A stretch of 64,000 bases of DNA from an uncultured Gemmatimonadales bacterium (GTDB lineage Bacteria > Gemmatimonadota > Gemmatimonadetes > Gemmatimonadales > GWC2-71-9): positions 1,408,001-1,472,000 of the forward strand of contig CAVZZO010000001.1 of the NCBI GenBank assembly GCA_963779755.1, written 5' to 3'. The translations under genes were made by a program, and so were the position numbers. Positions 29,560 through 37,735 of the stretch are shown piece after piece. The notes below the pieces were generated by a model, which was not told the DNA's origin, did no database searches, and saw nothing but the letters and a program-made list of their open reading frames with translations. Positions within the stretch are counted from its first letter, which is position 1. Each line of letters opens with the position of its first letter.

Positions 29560-29633
29560 AAGAGTCCTTGGTCGGGCCGCGACGCTTTCTGGAACTGACG
29601 TTGGCTTAAGGACTTAGCGAATGGGGGCGAGGA

Positions 29634-29649
29634 TGGCCCCGCCCCTGCC
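29634..29649 (+). promoter_or_regulatory. sigma54 (-24/-12) promoter for the TPR gene
   Basis: TGGCCCCGCCCCTGCC: GG (29635-36) and GC (29647-48) exactly 10 nt apart. Confidence 0.6.
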
Positions 29650-29713
29650 TTTCTCCGGGGTGACCGCAGGTCGTCACTCACGGCGCCTCGGCGCCCATGC
29701 AAGGAGAAGGGCC

Positions 29714-30808
29714 ATGCCCGCAACCCGCGCAATCAACTGCAAGCAGGACCGTCGTGTCTGGATTCCCATGGGATTTCTGGTGGGCTTCCTGGGGTTGGCG
29801 AGCCTCACGCTGGCCGCCTCCGGCTGCAGCGACAACGACGGCACCGCCGCGGTGGTGAAGACCACCCCGGCGGTGAACACCAGCACAACCGCGCCCACGG
29901 TCATTCCGGCGAGCACGGAGTCCGGCACCACGACCGAATCAAAGGTGCTGCCCGCCAACGTCAGCTTCGACCAGGCGCGGGAGGTGTACCGGACCGGCGA
30001 TTACCGGGCTGCGGCGGATCTGTTCGGAGTGTACGTGCGGAACAAGCCGTCCAATCCCTGGGGCCATTTCATGCTGGGCATGTCGGAGTTCAAGACCGGG
30101 GATATCAGGGGGGCGGAGGAATCGTTCAAACAGGCGCTGGCACTGGACTCCACCCATCTGAAGAGCCGGTTCAACCTGAGCCGGGTCTATCTGCAGACCG
30201 ACCGGCCGCGTGAAGCGCTGGAGCAGATCGAGCAGGCACTGGCGGTGGATTCCACCGCAGGCGAGGCGTTCCGGCTGCAGGGTATCGCCTACGGCGACCT
30301 GGGGCAGGACGACGAAGCGATCGATGCCTACCAGCGCGCCCTGGTCCGGGACGACCACGATGCCTGGTCGATGAACAACCTGGGTCTCCTCTATATCCGC
30401 GAAGGCCGTTTCGAGGATGCGCTGCCGCCGCTGGCGCGGGCGGTCGAGATCCGGCCCAACGCCCCGGTGTTCCAGAACAATCTGGGGATCGCGCTGGAGC
30501 GGAGCGGGCACTATCGGGCGGCGGAGACGGCCTATGGCGCGGCCCTGGCCGCGGACAGCGCCTATCCCAGGGCGGGCGTGAACCTGGAGCGGGTCCGTGG
30601 CCTGGAGGAGGATGCGCTGACCGGTCCGGTGGACCTGAGCGGGCTGGCCGAGTCGTTCATGGCCCAGCTCAAGTGGTGGCGGGACAGCTCGGTCCGGCCG
30701 GGCGACAGCGTCATCGATGTGGTGCCGGATACGACCGTGGCGGACACGGTAACGTCCGTGCCGGTGCCGGGGGACTCGACCGCCGCGGACAGCGTGACGG
30801 GCCGGTAA
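29714..30808 (+). CDS. tetratricopeptide-repeat lipoprotein
   Basis: AAGGAG SD; hydrophobic leader ending AASGC; multiple TPRs (WGHFMLG, FNLSRVYL, MNNLGLLY, QNNLGIAL). Confidence 0.88.
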   Translation: MPATRAINCKQDRRVWIPMGFLVGFLGLASLTLAASGCSDNDGTAAVVKTTPAVNTSTTAPTVIPASTESGTTTESKVLPANVSFDQAREVYRTGDYRAAADLFGVYVRNKPSNPWGHFMLGMSEFKTGDIRGAEESFKQALALDSTHLKSRFNLSRVYLQTDRPREALEQIEQALAVDSTAGEAFRLQGIAYGDLGQDDEAIDAYQRALVRDDHDAWSMNNLGLLYIREGRFEDALPPLARAVEIRPNAPVFQNNLGIALERSGHYRAAETAYGAALAADSAYPRAGVNLERVRGLEEDALTGPVDLSGLAESFMAQLKWWRDSSVRPGDSVIDVVPDTTVADTVTSVPVPGDSTAADSVTGR

Positions 30809-30813
30809 GCCGG

Positions 30814-30871
30814 GAGGCGTGAGGCGTGAGGCGTGAGGCGTGAGGTACCCCTTACGCCTCACGTCTTACGT
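30814..30871 (+). repeat. (GAGGCGT)x4 followed by inverted copies (ACGCCTC, ACGTCTT) forming a hairpin
   Basis: Read directly, 5 nt after the TPR stop. Confidence 0.88.
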
Positions 30872-30895
30872 TCGTTCCACCCTGAAAGCCCCGTG

Positions 30896-30924
30896 TTGAA
30901 CAATTTCCCGCCTTGCAGTAAACT
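30896..30924 (+). promoter_or_regulatory. sigma70-type promoter for NSS transporter
   Basis: TTGAAC-17 nt-TAAACT. Confidence 0.6.
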
Positions 30925-30977
30925 GTCCGGTCGGCTCTCCGGTCGGACTCTCTTTTCACGTCATCTTCCCGGTATCC

Positions 30978-32609
30978 ATGTCTCAGGGAAAAACCGAGCA
31001 ATGGGGTACCCGTGTCGGCGTCATTCTGGCGGTGGCCGGCTCGGCGGTGGGACTGGGCAACTTCCTGCGCTTTCCCGGGCAGGCGGCGGCCAACGGGGGC
31101 GGGGCCTTTCTCATCCCCTATTTTTGCGCGCTGATCTTCCTGGGCATTCCGGTCGGCTGGGCGGAATGGACCATGGGGCGCTACGGCGGTCGCAAGGGCT
31201 TCCACTCGGCTCCGGCGGTGATGGGCGTGATCGGCAAGGGCCGGCTGCCGCGCTACCTGGGCGTGGTGGGCGTGGTCATTCCGCTTGCGGTCTCGTTCTA
31301 CTACGTGTTCATCGAAGCCTGGACCCTGGGCTACTGCTGGAAGTTCCTGACGGGCGGCATCGGGATCGACCCCGCGGCGCCGATCGCGGATCAGACCGCG
31401 GCCTCGATGCACTTCTACAACTGGTTCACCGGCGTGGCCAAGGACGGGGTGCTGGTGACCTCCGGCGGCGAGCACGCGGCGATCTGGTTCTGGATCATCA
31501 CCTTTGCGGTGAATCTCTTTTTCATCTACCGGGGCCTGTCCAAGGGCATCGAGAAGTTCTGCACCTGGGCCATGCCGGCTATGGCCATCTGCGCGCTGAT
31601 CGTGCTGATCCGGGTGCTGACGCTGGGAACGCCCAATCCCTCGCTGCCCGACCAGAATGTGATCAACGGCCTGGGCTACATGTGGAACCCGGACTTCAAG
31701 GCGCTGGGGAACTTCCAGACCTGGCTGGCGGCGGCGGGCCAGATCTTCTTCAGCATCTCGGTCGGGTTCGGCATCATCATCAACTACGCCTCCTACATGA
31801 AGCGGCGGGATGATGTCGTGCTCTCGGCCCTGACGTCCACCGCCACCAACGAGGTCTTCGAGGTCGGCTTCGGCGGCCTGATCACACTCACCAGCGCGTT
31901 CGTCTTCCTGGGGCTTTCGGGGACGGCGGCGGCGGTGTCCACCGGTACCTTCGGGCTGGGCTTCAATACGCTGCCGGTGGTGTTCGCCCACATGGGAGCG
32001 CTGGGGAACGTGATCGGCGCCCTGTGGTTCTTCATGCTGTTCCTGGCGGCCATCACCAGCTCGCTCTCGATGTACCAGCCCGCGGTGGCCTTCATCGAGG
32101 AGGCGCTGGGCGTCTCCCGCAACGTGGCCACGACCGCCATGGTGGTGATCGGCAGTATCGGGTCGTTCATGGTGATCTGGTTTACCAAGAACGGCACCTT
32201 CTGGAGCACCATTGATTTCTGGGTGGGGACGTTCCTGATCTTCGTGATGGCGATGGTGGAGATCATCTACTTCAGCTGGGTCTTCGGAATCGACCGCGGC
32301 TGGGTGGAGGCGCACGTCGGCTCGGCCATCCGGATTCCGCGGATCTACCGGTTTATCATGAAGTATGTCGCCCCGCTGTATCTGCTGGTGGTCTTCGTCG
32401 GGTTCTGCTTTCAGAACCTGCCCGCCTCCTGGCAGGGCATCAAGGCCGATCCGGTGGTGCAGCTGGCGCTGGCCTTCATCGGAGTGGTCATCGTGATTCT
32501 GCTGATAGTGCTCCGCTTCGGCGAGAAACGCTGGCGGGCGGCGGGACTCGATCTTGACGGCACCTCCCCGCCGGACGACGAGCTGGCCGGCGCCGGGGAG
32601 GCCGCATGA
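30978..32609 (+). CDS. sodium-dependent transporter, neurotransmitter:sodium symporter (NSS/SNF) family
   Basis: GSAVGLGNFLRFP, NGGGAFLIPY, AAAGQIFFSISVGFG, YASY. Confidence 0.93.
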   Translation: MSQGKTEQWGTRVGVILAVAGSAVGLGNFLRFPGQAAANGGGAFLIPYFCALIFLGIPVGWAEWTMGRYGGRKGFHSAPAVMGVIGKGRLPRYLGVVGVVIPLAVSFYYVFIEAWTLGYCWKFLTGGIGIDPAAPIADQTAASMHFYNWFTGVAKDGVLVTSGGEHAAIWFWIITFAVNLFFIYRGLSKGIEKFCTWAMPAMAICALIVLIRVLTLGTPNPSLPDQNVINGLGYMWNPDFKALGNFQTWLAAAGQIFFSISVGFGIIINYASYMKRRDDVVLSALTSTATNEVFEVGFGGLITLTSAFVFLGLSGTAAAVSTGTFGLGFNTLPVVFAHMGALGNVIGALWFFMLFLAAITSSLSMYQPAVAFIEEALGVSRNVATTAMVVIGSIGSFMVIWFTKNGTFWSTIDFWVGTFLIFVMAMVEIIYFSWVFGIDRGWVEAHVGSAIRIPRIYRFIMKYVAPLYLLVVFVGFCFQNLPASWQGIKADPVVQLALAFIGVVIVILLIVLRFGEKRWRAAGLDLDGTSPPDDELAGAGEAA

Positions 32610-32743
32610 CCACCATCGGCTGGATCTTCATGATCATTTCCGTTGGCGCCGTCTGGAGCCTGATGCTCTGGTGCTACTACAAGGTCCTGTCGGCGCCTCC
32701 CGAGGATCACGTCGTCAAGCCGCCGGATTCGCTGGGAGGCTGA
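32606..32743 (+). CDS. 45-aa single-TM protein, probable small subunit of the NSS transporter (MetS-like)
   Basis: MTTIGWIFMIISVGAVWSLMLWCYYKVLSAPPEDHVVKPPDSLGG; ATGA-coupled to the transporter; GC3-rich codons; absent from ORF track. Confidence 0.75.
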   Translation: MTTIGWIFMIISVGAVWSLMLWCYYKVLSAPPEDHVVKPPDSLGG

Positions 32744-32754
32744 ATCGAGAAGAT

Positions 32755-32829
32755 GACTGAGGACTGAGTTGCGGGCGACGAGGTGATCCCGAGCGCAGCG
32801 AGGGATGACACTCGGCTCAGTCCACAGTC
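32755..32829. repeat. inverted heptamer pairs (GACTGAG x2 ... CTCAGTC CACAGTC) enclosing a REP-like palindrome
   Basis: Inner element GTGATCCCGAGCGCAGCGAGGGATGACA at 32783-32810. Confidence 0.7.
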
Positions 32830-34031
32830 GTTTTCTCTTTTCTCTCGTCTCTTCGATACACCGCCACCCGCTGCACCCCCAGGCTGTCCTTCTCGATGGT
32901 GATGATGTCGCCGGAGGGAAGAAAGGCGAGCGGGGCCGGGGCATTCTCCACGGTGCCCAGGTAGGCACCGTCCGGCCGGAAGAGGTCTACCCGGCGAGCT
33001 TCGTCCGGGAAGGTATGGCGCTGGATCCAGAGCGTGCCGTCCGGCGCGAACGCCATGGCCCCCTTGAGAACAGGCACCTCCGGCGCCATCCCGGTCTGCT
33101 GGGCGATCTCCTCCGGTGGGATGGTACAGGACTGCTGACCGATCTGCATGGTCTGTCCATCGCCCAGCTCCCGCCGGGCGAGATCCAGCGTCGCGGCTTT
33201 CGGCGTGATGTTCCGGCGAATGCTCAACGCCAGGTGTCCATCCCGGTAGATATCCGCCACGTACTCCGGGGTCATGACGCTCGCCACCCGTCCGGCGGCG
33301 GCCGCCCAGATGGGAAAGCTGGCGAACACCGGGGCCGCGGCATACGCCACGTGACAGCTGGCGAAACTGGCGTCCCTGGCCTGAATGACCGGGCTCTCTG
33401 CCAGCAAGGTCGTATCGCCTTCGGTAGCGACCGCCAGCCGGTAGTACTGTTCCAGCGTCCTCCGGTTGTCCACCCGATCAAGCAGGATCATGGTGTCGCC
33501 CGCCAGCGCGCGGACCGCCTGCGGGCCTGGCAGGGTGGTGCGAATTTCCGGCAGCGGGTTGCCGCCGGGATCGAAGCGCACGAAGGCGCTCTTCCCGGCG
33601 TCCATGACCCAGGTCGTCCCCGCCGGATCGATGGTTACCTGGAAGGGCAGTACGAACTCCCCCGGCCCGCCGCCCCGGCGTCCCAGGGTGCGGGACCAGG
33701 CACCGGTGCTGTCGAAGAACACCAGGCGATTGTGCTCATTGTCCAGCACGGCGAGGCCGCCGGTGGCGCTGGGAGTGACCTGGCCGGGAAAGAGACGGGT
33801 GAAGGAGGCGACACCGTTCTCCTCGCCGCCGAGCACGACGCGCCGGCGGAAGGACCAGCCGAGGAGGGAGTCCTGCCCGGTGTTCTCGACGATGCGGACG
33901 CCGGCGGAATCGCTGATCCTGGCCGAGGTAGTGTGGGTCGTCTCGCCGCCACAACCGGCCAGGGCCAGCAACAGAGTCAACCTGATCCAGGTTCCCGTCA
34001 CAAGAATCCTCGCAATTCTCAGGCCTCGCAC
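32817..34031 (-). CDS. 6-bladed beta-propeller lipoprotein (start uncertain)
   Basis: LALAGC lipobox, DSAGVRIVEN, GRRGGGPGEF, DGTLWI, FRPDGAYLG. Confidence 0.75.
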   Translation of the reverse strand: MRGLRIARILVTGTWIRLTLLLALAGCGGETTHTTSARISDSAGVRIVENTGQDSLLGWSFRRRVVLGGEENGVASFTRLFPGQVTPSATGGLAVLDNEHNRLVFFDSTGAWSRTLGRRGGGPGEFVLPFQVTIDPAGTTWVMDAGKSAFVRFDPGGNPLPEIRTTLPGPQAVRALAGDTMILLDRVDNRRTLEQYYRLAVATEGDTTLLAESPVIQARDASFASCHVAYAAAPVFASFPIWAAAAGRVASVMTPEYVADIYRDGHLALSIRRNITPKAATLDLARRELGDGQTMQIGQQSCTIPPEEIAQQTGMAPEVPVLKGAMAFAPDGTLWIQRHTFPDEARRVDLFRPDGAYLGTVENAPAPLAFLPSGDIITIEKDSLGVQRVAVYRRDERKEKTTVD

Positions 34032-34144
34032 CCGGCGCTCGAGCCGGGATGCCGGCTCCGGCGGCACCGGTACCACTCCGCCCCTCTCCGGTTCGGTGGT
34101 GCCAGGGCCGGCACCCCCGGTCCTCGCGCCGGAAGAGCTTCCGG

Positions 34145-34172
34145 CTCAGTCCTCAGTCCCCGGCCCTCAGCC
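34145..34172 (-). repeat. heptamer array (CTCAGTC x2, CCCGGCC, CTCAGCC on + strand) overlapping the fpg stop
   Basis: Read directly. Confidence 0.75.
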
Positions 34173-35064
34173 CTTTCCGCTCTTCCATCTCTTCCAGCGA
34201 TCTGGGCCAGTCGCGCTTCAGGAGCCGTGAGAGCGCGCGGTCGGCCAGCAGCCGTCCCCCGGTCTGGCAGGTGGCGCAGTAGTTGGTCTCGTTATCGGCA
34301 TAGCGGATGCGCTGCACCGGAGTTCCGCATACCGGGCAGGGTTGACCGTACCGTCCATGGACCGCCATGCCCTCCCGGAACGCGGTCACCTTTTCCGGGA
34401 GCCCCGTTCCCGTGCCGGTTCTGATCCGCTCGGTCCATTCGCGCAGCACGTCCCGGGTGCCGGCATACAACCGCTCGATCTCCGGTTGGTCAAGCTGCCG
34501 GGTGAGGCGCACCGGTGAGAGGCGCGCCCGGTGCAGAATCTCATCGGAATAGGCGTTGCCGATTCCGCTCAGCAGCCGGGGATCGGTGAGCGCCCGTTTG
34601 AGCGTGTGGTTCTCCCGCAGCAGGGCCTCACGAAAGACCTCGAGGCCGGCCTCCAGCGGCTCGACCCCTCCCCGGTCGAAGGCGGCGAGCGCGGCCGCTC
34701 CCTGCACCAGATGCAGCGAGGCCCGCTTCCTGGTGCCGGCCTCCGTCAGGAGAAGCGTACCGTCCGGAAAGTCGAAGGCCGCCAGGCCGAGGCGCCGCGG
34801 GAGGGGCGCCGCGGGCGGCTTCCAGTGGAGCCGCCCGGCGATCATCAGGTGGATCACGAGGAAGAGGCCGTCCTCCAGCTCCAGCACGATCCGCTTTCCC
34901 AGCCGGCGAACCGACCGCACCGGCTTTCCCGAGGCTACCGCGAGCGGCGGATCCACGCTGCGGAGCAGAAAGGGGCTGCCCAGGCGGACCTGCTGGAGTG
35001 CCTGGCCGGTGAACAGCTCCCGCAGGCGCTCCACGTAGACGGTGACGTCGGGGAGCTCGGGCAT
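34153..35064 (-). CDS. Fpg/Nei family DNA glycosylase
   Basis: N-terminal MPELPDV, HLMIAG, H2TH GIGNAYSDEIL, C-terminal CPVC...CATC zinc finger. Confidence 0.92.
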   Translation of the reverse strand: MPELPDVTVYVERLRELFTGQALQQVRLGSPFLLRSVDPPLAVASGKPVRSVRRLGKRIVLELEDGLFLVIHLMIAGRLHWKPPAAPLPRRLGLAAFDFPDGTLLLTEAGTRKRASLHLVQGAAALAAFDRGGVEPLEAGLEVFREALLRENHTLKRALTDPRLLSGIGNAYSDEILHRARLSPVRLTRQLDQPEIERLYAGTRDVLREWTERIRTGTGTGLPEKVTAFREGMAVHGRYGQPCPVCGTPVQRIRYADNETNYCATCQTGGRLLADRALSRLLKRDWPRSLEEMEERKGLRAGD

Positions 35065-35068
35065 TAAC

Positions 35069-35104
35069 GAGTGGGCAGGCTGGGCAGAGTGGGCAGAGTG
35101 GGCA
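35069..35104 (+). repeat. tandem 9-mer GAGTGGGCA x4 (one variant)
   Basis: Same unit as at 1293-1319. Confidence 0.9.
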
Positions 35105-35113
35105 CGCGCTGCC

Positions 35114-35812
35114 TCAGTCTGCTGGCTTCAGCCCCCCGCCCCCGATGGCGCGTGCCTGCGCCTCCTGGTCTTCCGGGCGGGCGGCCTGCGGGTTGATCCA
35201 TTCGATGACGGCCGCCCAGCCAAGGCTCTCGGGGTCGTGCCGGAGATAGCCGGGGATGACCGCCAGGACCCGGAAGCCGTGTTTCAACTGGAAGCTGAGG
35301 GTAGGATCCGTGAGCTTGCCGGCGACGATCCGGCGGACGTACTCGTCGGCCGGCATCCGGTTGGCGCAGGTGTGATAGCCCCGCAGCCGGGCGCCGGCCC
35401 GGATGCGCCGCAGACCCAGACGTTCGGTGAGCTCGCGCCGGGCGGTGTAGAGTTTTCGTCCGATCCCCTGCCGCTGGCGGGCCGGGTCGACCATCACTTC
35501 CGCGCCGTAGAGGGTATGGCCTTCGGGATCGTGATTGGTGAAATACCCGCCGTCGGTGAAGTCGCGCCAGGTGCCGTGCATCTCGTAATCGTCCCACAGG
35601 ACGATGAGGCTGGCGGCCATGCCCACGATCTCCCCGCTGGCAGAGTCGAAGGCGACCAGCTGTCCCTCGGGGAACACGCGCAGATGGCTCTCCAGCTGGT
35701 CTTCGGTCCAGGACGGCGAGTCGGGATAGACCCGCCGGGAGAGCGCGATGATCCCCGGAAAATCCTCGCGCCGGGTGGGCCGCACGCCGATGGCTGGCCG
35801 GTGTGCCGTCAC
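35114..35812 (-). CDS. GNAT family N-acetyltransferase
   Basis: FPEGQLVA, LYGAEVMVDP, QRQGIGRKLY, DPTLSFQL, EWINP. Confidence 0.88.
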   Translation of the reverse strand: MTAHRPAIGVRPTRREDFPGIIALSRRVYPDSPSWTEDQLESHLRVFPEGQLVAFDSASGEIVGMAASLIVLWDDYEMHGTWRDFTDGGYFTNHDPEGHTLYGAEVMVDPARQRQGIGRKLYTARRELTERLGLRRIRAGARLRGYHTCANRMPADEYVRRIVAGKLTDPTLSFQLKHGFRVLAVIPGYLRHDPESLGWAAVIEWINPQAARPEDQEAQARAIGGGGLKPAD

Positions 35813-36696
35813 AGGGTGACCACCTCCACTTTGCCCATGGCCTCGTTGGTGCGGAGACTGTCCAGGAGCGGGATCACGGTGCCGCTCGAGCGGGTGTCGA
35901 GAATGGTCTTCATGTTGAGCTCCCCGATGACCATGGACTCCTGGTTCGGATTGCCCTCGGCGAGAATGCCGTCGCGCGAAAAGGCGAAGTCGCTGGGCGT
36001 CAGAATGGACGCCTGCCCGTAATTCAGGGAGACGGCGGGAACCATCGGCAGTGAGCCGACCGTGCTGGCCTGGATCACGTACATCTGGTTCTCGATGGCC
36101 CGCGCCTGCGCGCAGTAGCGCACCCGGAGGAATCCCTGCCGCTCATCGGTGCAGCTGGGCACGATGAGCACGTGCGCCCCGTGCCGCGCGGCAGCCCGGG
36201 CGATCTCGGGAAATTCCACGTCGTAGCAGACGGCGATCGCCATGGGGCCGAAGTCCGTCTCGAAGATCTTGACGTCGGATCGGGGAGAGACATGCCATTC
36301 CTCCGTCTCGAACCGGGTCATGTGAATCTTGCCCTGGACGCCGCAATCGCCGCGAGGATTGAAGAAGAAGCACTCGTTGTGCACCGTGTCGGTGGAGGGA
36401 TCGTGCACCGGAATGGTGCCGCCCACGATGTAGATCCCGTGCTTCCGGGCCAGCGAGGCCATCAGCTCCCGGTAGCGGGGCAGCTGGCCGGCCAGGGCGC
36501 GGATCTGCACGTCGATGGGGCGCTTGACGTCGGCCAGCGTGAGCAGTTGCACGGTGAAATACTCGGGGAAAACCATCAGGTGGCAGCGGTAATCCGCGGC
36601 GGTGTCCGCCAGCGCCGCGACCTGGTCACGGAACTGATCGAAGGTCTGCACGGGCCGGATGTAATACTGCAGGGCGGCGACCCGGATGCGCTCCAT
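35809..36696 (-). CDS. carbon-nitrogen hydrolase (nitrilase superfamily)
   Basis: Glu-Lys-Cys triad: FPEY, QGKIH, VCYDVEFPE; ARAIENQ. Confidence 0.92.
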   Translation of the reverse strand: MERIRVAALQYYIRPVQTFDQFRDQVAALADTAADYRCHLMVFPEYFTVQLLTLADVKRPIDVQIRALAGQLPRYRELMASLARKHGIYIVGGTIPVHDPSTDTVHNECFFFNPRGDCGVQGKIHMTRFETEEWHVSPRSDVKIFETDFGPMAIAVCYDVEFPEIARAAARHGAHVLIVPSCTDERQGFLRVRYCAQARAIENQMYVIQASTVGSLPMVPAVSLNYGQASILTPSDFAFSRDGILAEGNPNQESMVIGELNMKTILDTRSSGTVIPLLDSLRTNEAMGKVEVVTL

Positions 36697-36734
36697 GGCA
36701 CTCCTCGGCGGGGGGCGGGCGTCATGCCGGCGGG

Positions 36735-36818
36735 TTCGAAAGCAAAGGTCGAAGGTCAAACTCGATCCCGCGGCGGTCTCGACTTCGACGTTCGACCCTG
36801 GACCTTCGACCTTTTGAA
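36735..36818. repeat. inverted heptamer arrays (AAGGTCG-type ... CGACCTT-type) forming a long hairpin
   Basis: AAAGGTCGAAGGTC (36744-57) pairs perfectly with GACCTTCGACCTTT (36801-14). Confidence 0.8.
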
Positions 36819-36849
36819 ACTAGGGCGATTCTCCGGTGAGAGGTAGGGC

Positions 36850-37710
36850 TTATGCGGGTTGCCGGGCTCGCCCCAAGGTCACCATCGTACCACTGGCGAT
36901 GACCAGCGCCGCGCCGGCCAGCTGCAGCGCGCTCACCGGTTCCACAAATACGGGCAGGGCAAAGACATAGGTCAACATGACACTGACGTAGTTGAGCGCG
37001 CTCATGCGGGCCGCGCGGTCCCGGGCGTAGGCGCGCGTCATGGCGATCTGGGCCAGCCCTCCCGCGATCCCGGTCCCCAGGAGGTAGAGCGCCCCGGCGC
37101 GGTCGGGCAGGCGCAACACCGGCAGAGAGATCAGCGCCATGGTCACGCCGGCCGTGAGCGAGAAGTGGAGTGCCACCGCTTCGGCGCTCTCCCGCTGCCC
37201 GATCCGCCGCAGCCAGATCATGGCGAGCGCATAGAAGACCGCGGCCAGCGTGGCGATGACGGCGATCGGCAACGCCGTGGCGAACGAGGGCTGGACGACC
37301 AGAGCCACCCCGGTGAAGGCAATGAGCACCGCGAGACCCACGTGCCGTCCCACGCGCTCACCCAGCAGGGGAGCCGACAGGAGCGCAACGAAGATGGGCC
37401 CCGTGGCACTCAGGGTGGCGGCATCGCCCACGGCGACACGGGGACTGCCCAGCGCATAGAAGACCCCCAGCGCCGAGATGGTGCCGAAGATGCTGCGGCC
37501 CCAGGCGGTGCGGCGGTCGCGGATGCGCAACGGCGCGCCGGTGGCCAGGGCCACGGGAATCACCAGCAGGCCACCCACCAGGAAACGCGCGGCCGCCACC
37601 TCCGACCAGGGCAGTTCGGCGGCGCCCAGGCGGGTAAGGACGTTCATTGCCGCGAACATGACCTGCGCGCCCAACATCCAGAGAGCGGCGGCAAGGGGAC
37701 GGTTGCGCAT
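36850..37710 (-). CDS. DMT/EamA family transporter
   Basis: About 10 TM in two repeats, PIFVALLSAPLLGERVG. Confidence 0.88.
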   Translation of the reverse strand: MRNRPLAAALWMLGAQVMFAAMNVLTRLGAAELPWSEVAAARFLVGGLLVIPVALATGAPLRIRDRRTAWGRSIFGTISALGVFYALGSPRVAVGDAATLSATGPIFVALLSAPLLGERVGRHVGLAVLIAFTGVALVVQPSFATALPIAVIATLAAVFYALAMIWLRRIGQRESAEAVALHFSLTAGVTMALISLPVLRLPDRAGALYLLGTGIAGGLAQIAMTRAYARDRAARMSALNYVSVMLTYVFALPVFVEPVSALQLAGAALVIASGTMVTLGRARQPA

Positions 37711-37735
37711 GGCGGCAGGAAGATATCTTTCCCCG

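Noticed and set aside
30925..30957. Hairpin GTCCGGTCGG-CTCT-CCGGTCGGAC plus TCTCTTTTC upstream of the NSS gene as a riboswitch or attenuator
   Set aside because: Too short for a known aptamer and it overlaps the predicted TSS; may be a simple terminator for the TPR transcript.
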